A stretch of DNA of 64,000 nt from Eledone cirrhosa (GCA_964016885.1 OZ024742.1:212350001-212414000), one strand, 5' to 3'. Positions 39,701 to 52,323 are shown, counted from the stretch's first letter. Numbers and translations are program-made. The notes: generated from the letters alone by a model not told the origin.

Positions 39701-42700
39701 GCCTTCCCTAGTGAGGAATGTACATCCCAACATAGCTTAGTTGTCAGCGACCTCACAGTCAGAACTAGACGAACCTGGAAACAGGCCAACCTGGAGAAGA
39801 AAGATCTGGAAGCTGAAAGTCCCCTCAACCAGTAACAGATTTAAAGATATTTTACTCAACGCCTACGACAGTAAAGAAGAACAGATACAGAATTCAATGT
39901 AGGAGTTCCTAAAAAATAATTTACTAGAGGCGACGGATGAGGTCTGTGGCTGGAGTAAGACCTCAAGCAGGAGGAGAGTGACTTGGTGGTGGAACAATAA
40001 GGTAGATGAAGCAGTTAAGGCCAAGAGACAGGCATGGAAAGAATGGAAGAATGGGGGGAGCAGGGTACATTACATAGAGACCAAGAGGGAAGCTAGGCGA
40101 CAAGTATACTTAGCTAGGAGGGAAGCAGAGGATAGAAAATTCAAGCATGTTTTGCAACGTGAGGACCAGAAACAGGAGGTATTCAAGATTGCGAGGCAGT
40201 GTGTCAGAGAGAATTGTGATGTCATTGGAGAGAAGTGTATCCGGAATGATAAAGGTGAACTTGCCCTCACAAGTGCTGAGAAGAAAGATGCATGGAAGAG
40301 TCATTATGATAGATTACTAAATGAGGAGAATGCATGGGAAGAAGAGACATAGAGGGGTCAGCAGCAACGTAGTAAGTAAGGCAATCAAAGATATGAAGAT
40401 GGGGAAGGCAACCGGTCCATCGGGTATAGCTGTTGAGATGCTGAAGGCATCTGGGTCTGTAGGTCACACTATAACCACACGTATTGTTAACCAGGTAATA
40501 CTAGAAGGTGTCATACCAAAAGATTGGTGCAGTAGCATCATTGTCAACTGCTACAAAGGTAAAGGCGATGCACTAGATAGAGGTATAAAGCAATGGACCA
40601 GGTCATGGAAGTAACAGAAAGAGTTATAGCACAGTTGATTAGGGACCGGGTGAAACTAGACGAGATGCAATTTGGGTTTGTGCCAGGAAGAGGCACCACT
40701 GATGCCTTCTTTCTTGTGAGGCAGTTACAGGAAAAGTACCTAGCTAAAAGTAAGCCACTCTACTTGGCATTTGTCGACCTTGAGAAAGCCTTTGACAGAG
40801 TTCCACGTGCTGTAATCTGGTGGGCTCTTAGAAAACTAGGAGTAGATGAATGGCTTGTGAAAGCGGTACAAGCCATGTATAGGGGAGCAGTCAGCAAAGT
40901 TAGGATTAGCAATGAGTATAGCGAGGAATTTAGCGTACAGGTTGGGGTCCACCAGGGCTCTGTTCTTAGCCCCCTCCTGTTCATCATAGTCCTGCAGGCA
41001 ATAACGGAGGAGTTTAAGACCGGATGCCCATGGGAACTCCTGTATGCTGATGACCTCGCACTCATAGCTGAATCTATGGTAGAACTAGAGAATAAATTCC
41101 AAACTTGGAAGCAGGGACTAGAAAGAAAGGGTCTGAAAGTCAACATGACAAAGACTAAGGTCCTTGTAAGTAGACGAGAAAACAGAACCCAGATCCCCTC
41201 AGGGAAATGGCCTTGCTCAGTATGTAGGAAAGGTGTAGGTAGGAACTCCATTCTCTGCCCCAAATGCAAACAATGGGTACACAAGAGATGTAGCGGAATC
41301 TCAGGAAGCTTAATTAAGAATGTAGGCTTCACATGCAGCAGCTGTGCTGAGACAGCAAGCAGGAAACAAGTACCACCAATCTCTGGGAGGGCTCTGTAGA
41401 AACAGTAGACAGCTTCTGCTACCTAGGTGACCGAATTAGCAGCAGAGGTGGGTGTTCAGAAAGTACAATAACTAGGGTAAGAACGGGATGGAAGAAGTTT
41501 AGGGACTACTACCACTGCTAGCTGCAAAAGGCTTCTCCCTCAGAATGAAAGGCAGACTGTATGATGCGTGTATCCGAACAGCAATGTTGCATGGTAGTGA
41601 GACCTGGGCGCTGAAGGTGGAAGACTTACATAGATTAGAGAGAAACGAAGCCTGCATGCTCCGATGGATGTGTAACAGTAATATACGTGAACGACAAAGC
41701 ATAAATGAATTGAGAGAGAGACTGAGCATAAGAGGAATCAAATGCTGTGTGCAGGAGAGTCGGTTGCGCTGGTATGGACATGTGATGCGTATGAAGAATG
41801 ACAGCTGCATAAAAAGGTGCAGAGCACTAGAAGTTGATAGAAACCGCGGAGTGGGGAGTCCCAAGATGACCTTACCCAATTATACCTCTCAAAGGCAATG
41901 ACACACGACCGTGACCTCTGGCGTCACGCAGTAATACAGAGTACCCGACCTCCCATGGGTACAAGCTGAAGCATATAGACAATATACCCCCACACCCCCA
42001 CCGCAAAGTGGTCGTGGAGGTGCCACGGCAAAAAAGCACCCAGCCTACACTGTAAAGTGGACGTGTAGGCGCCACGAAAAAGCACCCAGCACTCACTGTA
42101 AATGAGGTTGGTGTTAGGAAGGGCATCCAGCTGTAGAAATCAAGCCAGATCAGTTCCTGTATGAGCAAGGCATGGTCAGCCGACCAGACACTGCCCACAA
42201 CAGGACAACCCGTCTAACCCATGCTAGCGTGGAAGAACGGACGTAAAACGGTGATGATGATGATGATGAATCCAATGATTATCAACAGTAAATTCTTGAC
42301 CTTTAAGTTGGATGGTATGGGTGTGACCACCATGCTGTCTATCCCTTCTTCTATACTCCGGAAAGGAATTTTTGGCAACAAATGTGGTTTGTCTGTTGTC
42401 CTAGCCCTTCCATACATGAGCACATCATATTAGCTTGTCCACATAAACCATGAATGTTGCAGGATGTGATGATCTTGTGCAGAATTGGATTGGTCTCTTT
42501 ATCAGGAATCTCACAGTACACTACCTGCTCAATGGCATCATCAGTTTTGGGCTTGCTATCTTCAGCCATTATCAGCAGAATATGAGCATGAGTGAGGCCT
42601 CGTTTCTGCCACTCTATTGTAGCAGAATGAGCCACAAGTTTTCCTAGGACATTTTTTTCAGTATGTCATCCCTGAAGCTGTCATACTTGATCTTGAAGAC

Positions 42701-44440
42701 TCTTGCACAAATATCAGAACGGTCTTTAGGTTCTTCACCAGGGTGCAAACTATGTTTTATTTCATCCCAGTTAGGGTTAGTTGTTACTGTGTTGGAATAA
42801 AATGGCTTTCCCATGTGTCGAACCTCAGTCATCGAATTCTGAAAGCACTTGCTGTAGAAGCGAGGGGAACCATAGATTGATGGAGGAAGAACAATTCTCC
42901 GGCCTGCATTTACTGAATCTCCTTCAACCACAGCATCATACAAACCCTCATACTTTTCAGCTAGTAACATGGTTTGATTGTTGCAGGCCCATTTCAGGTG
43001 ACAATGTTCTATTTGTGCATGGGCATCTACAGCATATTGCTGCATCAGCCGCCTGCTCTTCATAATAATGTTACAGTCACCTGGCCTAATCTGAAACTGA
43101 TAACAATAGAAATCAGTGGGTGTGAGTGTGTGGCTGTTGTCAATCCTTTTCAAACCAACCTGAAACCCATCATTCCCCCAAGGAAACAGTAGCACATAAT
43201 ACAGAGGATCATAAGAATGGTGCAATTGATGAATCCTCTGAAGACCACCATCTCTTTTATGAATGATGACATTCAATAGACATAATGCTGTATCAGGTTG
43301 AATAACAGCAATCTCAGATGCCATGGAAAGATTATATGTGCGACAATGAAAATCGGTGGGTTTTACTTTGTCAACATGTAGGACAATATTCACATTTTCA
43401 GAGACTAGCATTTCAATGACTGCCTTGAAGCTTCTTATATATGTGTTGCAGTAGTGCAAGTCTCCTTGCAGGTCAGCAGCATCTAAACTAGCATGATGTA
43501 AGTGATTCTGAAGCTCATAGAAGTAAAGCTGCACAAACTTGGGTGAAGCATCACTTGGAAGTAGTGATCGAATAACATGACAAATCTTACCTTGGATCTT
43601 AAATGTTGGACTAAATCCTGGTGCTTTAATCTCTTTGCAACCAATTGAAGCTAAGACAAGCACATTGTTAGATGCACGTATCTTATGTATAAAAGAATTT
43701 CCTGCTATCGAAATATTTCAGTATATTTGGTGGAGGAGGAGGGAGTTTCACTTTTCTCTGGAAGCAGCACAGAGATTTGGGTTCATGTGGCCAGTGATAA
43801 GCTTTGCAGTGTGGACAAACAGAGGCAAAGAGACTTCCTGCATTATGGAAAGAACAGTTTGATCTTGGAAAGATTCATCTGTAGGATTCTTTGCCAGACC
43901 TTCAATTGACCTGTTCCTTCCTCTCTGAACGTTTGGTGTATTTGTTGCAAGTTGTTGTTGGTGTGTTAACTGAATTTCTTTTGCCCCTCAAAATCACGAA
44001 ACGCCCCCCTACCCTATTTTTCCATGTTATGTTAGAATCTTTAAAAAATACTCATATGAATTAAATACAAAAAGTTTCAGTCCAAAACAAAAGCAAGCTA
44101 TTTCAAATTATATATTTTTGAAAAATAGACGTGAATGTTCTCAAAGATTTGATCTCAGTCGAAAAAGCTTTTTTTTTAAATTCTATATTTCACTGTTAGC
44201 TGTTGTAATATTTTGAGTGGTTAGACAATTCTACAATTCAAACTGTAAAGTCAAAATACAAAAGATGCAAAATATGAAGAAATTCTTACCTTTCTCTTGA
44301 ATCACAAACTCAAGAGAAAAATAGTACCTTGCAAAATAAAGTGCCTCGACAACAAACTTAGTTGCAGCGAATGAACTGAGATGCTTAGTGACAGTGAGCA
44401 AACAATATCTGTATCCCTTATATATATATACATAGAAAGA
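36791..44440 (-). mobile_element. Helitron (RepHel, degenerate), nearly full length, interrupted by an RTE LINE and a SINE
   Basis: Rep motifs (PTFKIQGKICH, YDPLYYVLLFPWG, LPPSIYGSPRF, EWQKRGLTHAHILL, VPYNP) and PIF1 motifs (AGTGKTF, GIAATLL, FGGLTVLLSGDWKQILPV, FALTCNKAQG); 5' a|TC at 44440, 3' hairpin + CTAG|t at 36791. Confidence 0.88.
39445..42268 (+). mobile_element. RTE LINE, 5'-truncated within the endonuclease, few frameshifts
   Basis: FNGHVG, QIDFIL, QFGFVPGRGTTDA, FVDLEKAFDRV, HQGSVLSPLLF, LYADD; 3' UTR and (GAT)n tail. Confidence 0.95.
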
Positions 44441-44600
44441 TACGCACACACATACACGCGCATGTGCACACTATCACACACACACACAAACTTGTGTGTG
44501 TGTCTGTGTGCCTTGTTTTTGGTACAGAAAGAATTTTGTCTTCAGTTTTTATTGCTGGGCCAAAGGTCACCTCTCTTCAACAACATCAGATAACAACACC

Positions 44601-44632
<32 letters not shown>

Positions 44633-44707
44633 GGAGAGGGAGAGACAGAGAGAGTAAGAAATGTGTGTGTGTATGTGTTTGGTACACGTCTCTATCTATC
44701 TATCTAT

Positions 44708-46020
44708 GACGGCCAAGGTGTTTGCGTTCACCCAGAAGTGGGCTGAGTGCAAACTATCCTTGAAAGGTCGAGCGGAGGTGGCAAACACTTTTATACCGTC
44801 CGTCATCTGACTGTCGTGCCTTGTCCTCCCAAAACGCTCACCAAAATGGAACGCGCACTCTTCCAATTCCTTTGGAAGAAACGGGCTCCTTTGGTGAGAA
44901 GATCCATCTGCTGCCAACACCCTTCAAACGGAGGGCTGGGAATGCCGTGGCTGACGATGCGCAAACACGCGCTCAGGCTGCGGCACTTCCACGTATTCCT
45001 CACCGGACAACCAGTGTGGGCCCCGATCTTGAGGCGAGCCTTCCCACGATTCGTCTCGCTGACCGAGCTGCAGTCCTGGGTCAAGCAAAGACCGAGGAAA
45101 ATGGGCGACTGGCACATCGAATGTGCTCAGGCGCTAACTCCTCTGACAAATGGATTCGGCGATCATTGGAAACGCCACTTCGTCATTCTATAGAGGGTTG
45201 GTCCGCAGCAAGTGCGACGACGCGCTCGGAGAAACTCTAGGCGTAGAGGAGGACAAACTGGCCAGTCTATTTGGTAGGACCTTCCGCCCGGGACCGGTAG
45301 ACAACTTCCAAAAGTCCTTGGCCTGGCAGTGCTACCGAGGAGCTCTACCAGTTCGAGACAAGCTCTACAGACCCGGGCGCCCGGGCAGGGACCCTTCGAA
45401 AAAGATCTGTCCGAGATGCGTGCGCGACGAGGAAACCATCGCACTCGCATTTGTACACTGCCCGGGCGTTACCGACCTGTGGGGCTATGTAGAACGACTT
45501 TTGTCGCGGGTGGGACCAATCCAGTTGACCACCGAGTCCATTGTCATGATCAAACCACCACCCTCCTTCAAAAATGAAGGAGAGGCAGTTTTCCTTTGTG
45601 TGATAGTTATGGTGAAAGAGGTTATATGGTGGATGAGGTCAGACACCTTTCTCTCTGGCGAGCAACTGATTCGTTTTTTCAAATATCATTTTGGAAGAAG
45701 AATCAGGATGGAGAGAGAGGTGCTGTACCCCAGCAAATTTTATAAAAGGTGGGTGAATGTGGCAAAGATGGCCCGAGTGGTTGGGCCTTCTCTCTATATA
45801 AGCCTGTAGGTTGAGGAAAGAGAGGAAGGGAGTACTCACTCTTGGTGCTCCTGGAGATGAGGGTTGTACATTTTTTCGGGGTGGGTACAACCCCTGTGTA
45901 ACGCCTCCCCCCTATTGGGGATTTCAATTGTTATTTGTTATTTTATTAATAGTTTTATCTTCATATACCTGTATGTAAACTCCCCATTTGTATTTGTGCC
46001 CTTGTGGCTAATAAAGAAAT
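44708..46020 (+). mobile_element. 5'-truncated Tx1/L1-clade LINE inserted in a (TATC)n microsatellite
   Basis: LFQFLWKK...GGLGMP and zf-RVT-like CPRC...ETIALAFVHC motifs; AATAAA at 46010; (ctat)n on both flanks. Confidence 0.8.
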
Positions 46021-46429
46021 TTATCTATCTATCTATCTCTCCAACAGGGGGCTCAAACATGCGGCCTGCGAACTACTTTTCTATGGCCCGTGGTAGAACC
46101 AATATTTCAGATTCCATTATAACTGGTGGAATCATTAGCACATCTGGCGAAATGCTTAGCGGTACTTCTTCCGTTTTTACGTTCCGAGTTCAAATTCCGC
46201 CGATCTCAACTTTGCCTTTCATCCTTTTGGGGTTGATAAATTAAGTACCAGTTGTGAACTGGGATCGATGTAATCGACGGGACCCTAAATCCTAAATTTC
46301 ATGCCTTGTGCCTATAGTAAAAATGATTATAACTGGTGAAAATCATCACCCACCACCATGTTTGACCCAGTGCCTCTCCTCCAGGACGTAATGGCCCTTT
46401 TATGTCTTTGAGTTTGAGACCCCTCTTCT

Positions 46430-46466
<37 letters not shown>

Positions 46467-46717
46467 CACTTTACTTTTTTTCTGCTCTGGACTATGCCCA
46501 TGCTGGAGCATCACCTTGGTAAGTTATGGGGACATCAACAAACCAACAAGCATTGGTGGGAGGACAAACACAAACGCAAAGACACACACATACATATATA
46601 CAACGCGCTTCTTTTAGTTTCGGTCTATCAAATCCACTCACTTTGGTCAGCCCGGGCAGTGGGACTGAACCCGGAAACGTGGTTGGGAAGCAAGCTTCTT
46701 GTCACACTGCGCGTATG

Positions 46718-46748
<31 letters not shown>

Positions 46749-46795
46749 GGGGGAGGTTATAGTTCACTTGAAGCATTGTGTAATGAGGTATAAAC

Positions 46796-47219
46796 GTTTG
46801 AATATGTGTAATAAGGCCAAGACAATGCAGGTATGGACATAGAAAAAAGAATGCAATAGGGAAAGATATTGATGTGAATTCGTCTTTCACCTTGAATTTA
46901 TTTAAATGTCCTTAATTTTCGAGATAATATCTCTTCTTCGGAGGGAAGTAAAGGTCTCAAACCAGCGTCTTTAAATCTCTAGCCAAGCCCTGCTGACCGG
47001 AAATAGTAATACTATTTCCGGTCAGCATGGCTTGGCTAGAGATTTAAAGACGCTGGTTTGAGACCTTTACTTCCCTCCGAAGAAGAGATATTATCTCGAA
47101 AATTAAGGACATTTAAATAAATTCAAGGTGAAAGACGAATTCACATCAATATCTTTCACTATTGCATTCTTTTTTCTATGTCCATACCTGCATTGTCTTG
47201 GCCTTATTACACATATTCA

Positions 47220-47222
<3 letters not shown>
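46796..47222. repeat. 427 bp near-perfect palindrome (213 bp arms, 1 nt spacer), PLE pseudo-LTR derived
   Basis: Centre ggaaatagta-a-tactatttcc at 47009; two arm mismatches seen; termini resemble the PLE end at 52033-52115; flanked by (TA)n. Confidence 0.92.
47071..47110 (+). ncRNA. Minimal hammerhead-like motif, U4C core variant (mirror copy 46908-46947 on -)
   Basis: cct-CCGAAGA-a-gagata t tatctc-GAAA-aUUA-agg; palindromic AAUU stem III. Confidence 0.55.
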
Positions 47223-47249
<27 letters not shown>

Positions 47250-47253
<4 letters not shown>

Positions 47254-47660
47254 TAAACGGAATAGAAAATGCTGACAAATTGTTCACAGTTGAAAAATGG
47301 TTTAATTAGGAATAAAAGAGTATTAGTGATTGTATGGGTTAGTATTCAGTTGTGGTTTTAAGTTTTTAAGTTTTTACTGGTTGCGCATTTCTAAATGCTT
47401 TTCAAAAATAATTTTGAGATAGAGTGTCTGTGCTGTTTGCTCTGATCTGTTTGCTCTGCTCTGATCAGAGCAAACAGCACGGACACTCTATCTCAAAATT
47501 ATTTTTGAAAAGCATTTAGAAATGCGCAACCGGTAAAAACTTAAAAACTTAAAACCACAACTGAATACTAACCCATACAATCACTAATACTCTTTTATTC
47601 CTAATTAAACCATTTTTCAACTGTGAACAATTTGTCAGCATTTTCTATTCCGTTTACCAA
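47250..47660. repeat. 411 bp near-perfect palindrome (198 bp arms, 15 bp spacer)
   Basis: Arms 47250-47447 / 47463-47660 with about two mismatches; spacer is a partial duplication of the arm end; flanked by (TA)n. Confidence 0.92.
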
Positions 47661-47695
47661 TATATAATAACTTGTGTGTTACACCTCTATTCTTT

Positions 47696-47778
<83 letters not shown>

Positions 47779-48043
47779 TATCAAGTTAACAATGAAAATA
47801 AAAAGAACAAAGTCAAGTTACTTTATAACTTTGTTTTTATTTTGTTGTTTTTTTTATTGTTAATTTAATACCTAATATCTGACTCTGTATCTAAAGAATT
47901 AATTCAGCGAAACACAGAACTTCTCTATGGATTTTACAAGATTACATTGAGTCCTATCTACAGTACAGACCCTACCACCAGAGGTAGACCAGACTGAAAA
48001 AAGAAAATGTATATATATATGTGCGTCTGTGTGTGTGTGTGTG

Positions 48044-48082
<39 letters not shown>

Positions 48083-48086
<4 letters not shown>

Positions 48087-51026
48087 AAGGTTAAACAAGG
48101 TTCAATGAATAAATCAAAGAATGAGTTTTATAATAGATTGGAAGCACTCAACAGATATGGTTTTCCCGAGTTATTAATATTAATTCAAAATATTAACAAA
48201 ATTAGACAATTCTTGTGATCAAGTATATTTTATTATACATATTTCAGAGGTACTGAGCTAACTTCAACAGTACGTCCTCATCAGATAAAATAAGATGATG
48301 CATGACATACCCTGACATAGCTGATGGTTAAGATTCAGTCATAGTAGTGAGTAAGATATGACAAAACTCAATATTTATATACCTTAAGATTGAGACATGA
48401 AACAATTTACATATAATACAGAGGGTGCGTGTGAGAAAGCTTAAAAATACATAACAGCAATTTACATAACTGTTAGAGATTCAAATAATTTAAATTATTA
48501 AAGAAAAAAGAAAGAGAGAGAGAAAAAACAGATGAGGGGATAATATAGCTAGTAGAAGTATAGAGAGCAAAAGAGAATTGATCAAGGAAAGAGAGACAAA
48601 GAGGAATAATTTCTATAGTGTAAAAAATAGGGAGGGATGAATTATATATATCTATACAGAACTATACATTTGGGCATAGCTTTGCGAAAGAGTAAACTCG
48701 AATCTTTGAATTAATGAATTATCTAGAAGTATTCATCAATCTAAATCTTAAATATAACTGGGTGTAATTATATGAAGGTTAATTTCCAGTCCTTAGTTAA
48801 TTAGTTATATATACTATCCAAACGTATCCGGTTGACCGTTAACTTTCAAATCATTTAAGTTAGTTCAGAGTAATGAATTAATCAAAGTGTATAATATTTC
48901 AGGCTATAAAAGTTTATAAATATCTGTATTAATATTAAAGTATACTATCATATTTAATTTATAAAATCATATTTAAACTATTTGCAAACATGAGAAAGAA
49001 GACATAGTATTTTCATCCTCACGAAGGTAATTCTTATTAAATGTTATTATATTATATTTAATTATTTATATTATATTGAAAATAATTCACATTATATAAT
49101 TTATAAAATAATTACAGTTATAATTTAAAAAATTAAGATTAACAATTAGAATGCCTTAAAGCATCTAAAGGCCTTATAATTAAACTTAAAAAATGTTTAT
49201 TATTAAATTAGATATATGCATTTGTCTAAATATAAACAAAGATTATATTGTCTAAAGATTACGATGATATCTATCAGTTACATATAACAATAAATAAGTT
49301 ACTGATAGTATTGTTAAAAATTAAGGTTTTAGATCAATTATTATAATAGGATCATGTAATACATATATACTATAAATATACAAGTCAAACTTCATGAATC
49401 ATAAGGATAATAACCAGATTCAAAGGAAAAAAGTGAATTGTTTGCGATCTTCAAAGTGCCCAATATCCAAGCTATATAGTTTAAAAATACAAGAATATTT
49501 TTTTTAAAAGATTTATATAGTAGTATAATATCATATCTAAAGTGTCTGCAAACATGAGAAAGGGAGAACCTAAGGATTTCATTGACCCGAAGGTAACCCG
49601 AATTTAATTAAATTAAATTAAATAATTGTTTCTACTTTAGGCACAAGGCCAGCAATTACCCAGTGCATTACTGGTACTTTATTTTATCGACCCCGTAAGG
49701 ATGAAAGGCAAGAAAATATTTAATGATTATAACACTAGAAAGTCATTTAGGTATCTAAAGTACTTGTAAATGTAACTAGAAGCATGTTATTATACTAGAT
49801 ATACAGATTTGTTCAAATATATATATATAGAGAGTATTCCAGATATTAGTGGTCGATATACATATAATAAATAATAAGTACAATCATTGTTAGTAATGTT
49901 ATAATTGAAGTTTTACATCAAGTTAAGTGGAAAAAAATAGTTTGTCGACTAGTATCGTGTGTGACGCATATACTATAAATATATATATAAATAAAAATAT
50001 ATAAATCAAACTTCCTGTATCGAAAAACATACTCCAAATGAATAAATATACAAAAACATAAATGCATGAATTATTTACGGTTCATTATAACTGTTAAGCA
50101 TAGAATCCCAATCTAAATTAAATATATCTAAACAATCAAATGATATGCACATTCATCAAGAGATCGTGTTAACAAATATGTTTATATACCTATACAGGAC
50201 CCTTTAATCTAATATTAATCATATCATAAATGAATAAAAAAAAAAAAATTATTAAAGTTTTATAATCTGTTATAACGTTTTAGGTACACAGTTGATAAGA
50301 GACGTCAAAAATTAGAACCTGTTTATTTAGTGTTTTTTCCTGACTTTTTGCGAGGCTTGGGATGTAGACAAAGCTTTATGAAGGCAGTTTGAGAATAATT
50401 CATTTTTTTTGTTAATTAAATTTTCATAATTATTAATTATTAATAGAGTCTCCATGGTACAGAGGTTGCAGTTAGGTGATATTGAAGAATTCAAGTAAAT
50501 TCTACTATTACACAACTTCGTCCAAGAAATCGAGTATTTAAAATTTTTGTCTTTTAATGACCATATAAGTTGTGATAAAGAAGTCGAAGATTTTCTATTA
50601 GGATTCGAAAAAGAGCATTTGTGATTCGAAAATCTTGATTTAAATGTCGAAGAAGTTGCACCAATATAGTTGTATGTGATGTTATTTGCTTTTACGGTGC
50701 ATTTATAGACCAGATTGCTATCCAGACAATTATTTTGCAGAGGGCAATCTGGTCTATTTCTACAATTACATTTCGATTTATTGTTATTACTATAAATTGT
50801 ACTATTTACATTAACATTATTAGTACTCCGAAATGTTCTATTGATTGTGCTTATATTAATGTTATTGTTAATATTGGTAGTGTTATTATATTCATTATCG
50901 TTAAATGTATGTTGCTTATTATTTAGAATTCTACTATTTATTTTAGCGATGTTCTGGGCCATATTCATAGTTGTAGAATAAGAAAGCTTAATTGTGTGTC
51001 TGTTAAATATGGAACGGTATTTATGT

Positions 51027-51029
<3 letters not shown>
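48083..51029 (-). mobile_element. 5'-truncated Penelope-like element (GIY-YIG endonuclease + long AT-rich 3' UTR) between (TA)n tracts
   Basis: ORF 50327..51088: CNCRNRPDCPLQNNC, LVYKC...YIGATSSTFKSRFSNH, CNLCTME, LINKKNE. Confidence 0.85.
48226..48292 (-). ncRNA. Type I hammerhead ribozyme in PLE 3' UTR
   Basis: Minus strand: tattttat-CTGATGA-ggacgtactg...cagtacctct-GAAA-tatgtATA-ataaaata; 8 bp stem I, canonical core, AUA cleavage triplet. Confidence 0.82.
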
Positions 51030-51085
<56 letters not shown>

Positions 51086-51319
51086 CATACATTTACCTAT
51101 GTATATAGCTATTTCTACATTTGTATATATACATGCATTTATATTTAAGTGTGTAAGGATGATGACAAGATTTATATTTTTGTCTCCAGATTTTATTACC
51201 TAGGGAGATTAAATACCACAGCTCTGGCTGAAAGCTCACCAGGTTCTCAACCTCATCAAACACCAACGCCGGCCTATGTGTGTATGTATGTATGTACGTA
51301 TGCATGCGTGTGTATGATT

Positions 51320-51817
51320 GTATGTCTGTATATGTATGCGCCCACACTTTTCATCACCATTGCTTCTTTTTCTTGTCGTTTCTGTTGTTCTTGTAACTGT
51401 TGTAAAAGTTGATGTTGTCCTCATTTTCATTTTCTTTGATTTCTTTTGTTTTTCTTTTATCTCCCTAAGGAATTCGTTGACAAGCTTCTTTTATTTATTT
51501 TCTTCTGTCTCAGAGACGTACAAATATGGCTTATAAAACTTACCTAATTAAAACACACACACGGGGGGGGGGGGGAGCTATTTAATTAATAATTAGGTAA
51601 GTTTTATAAGTCATATTTGTACGTCTCTGAGACAGCCAGTGTGAATGCATTTGAATGAAGAAAACGAAGAAAATAAATAAAAGAAAAACAAAAGAAATCA
51701 AAGAAAATGAAAATGAGGACAACATCAACTTTTAAAACAGTTACAAGAACAACAGAAACGACAAGAAAAAGAAGCAATGGTGATGAAAGGTGTGGGTGTA
51801 TACATATACAGACATAC
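51320..51817. repeat. Imperfect inverted repeat (~230 bp arms) between microsatellites
   Basis: 51320-51550 vs 51590-51817; one block differs between arms. Confidence 0.85.
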
Positions 51818-51984
51818 ACTCATACCTTTGTTATAGAACGATTATTGTTTGATTGATTTGCCCTCATCTCTCTTTGTCGTTGTGCATCTGCTGCCATGCG
51901 TTGGGATTTAGATGAGAAATGTTTTCTACGTCCCATGTTCACTTTCTGTCATGAATATGAATGTATAAATATATGTTACCTCGA

Positions 51985-52035
<51 letters not shown>

Positions 52036-52285
52036 AGAGTATTGAAGTTTGCTTGAAGCATTGTGGAACAATAAGTAAATATCTTTAAGTCGTTTGGAAG
52101 CCTCGACAATGCAAATGGGTAAATCTCCGGGTAACAAGGTCCGGTGGTGGAGAGCGAGATGTAAGTGGGTGTACGTTGAGATGCGTGGTGTGTATAAGAT
52201 GTGTGAGATGTGTAGAATGAAGAGAAGAGTATAAAGGATAAAAATAACAAGACAAGAGAGAGTTACCTTGGGAGAGATTTAATAG

Positions 52286-52323
52286 TCCCTATATATTTCG
52301 GATTCACATCCATCAACTGGGTT
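52286..52323 (-). ncRNA. Hammerhead-like motif with non-canonical core in pLTR (second copy ~55198-55235 on +)
   Basis: cc-CAGTTGA-t-ggat gtga atcc-GAAA-tatATA-ggg, identical in both pLTR copies, sense to the PLE. Confidence 0.45.

Noticed and set aside
47268-47308. Hammerhead-like CTGACAA...GAAA in the second palindrome
   Set aside because: G8 missing and stem I cannot form
47885-47920. CTAAAGA...GAAAC hammerhead-like pattern after an AT-rich hairpin
   Set aside because: G5 missing and stems II/III do not pair convincingly
51095-51265. Minus-strand TTGATGA...GAAATAGCTATA hammerhead-like pattern
   Set aside because: C3 absent, stem I out of register, stem II not evident
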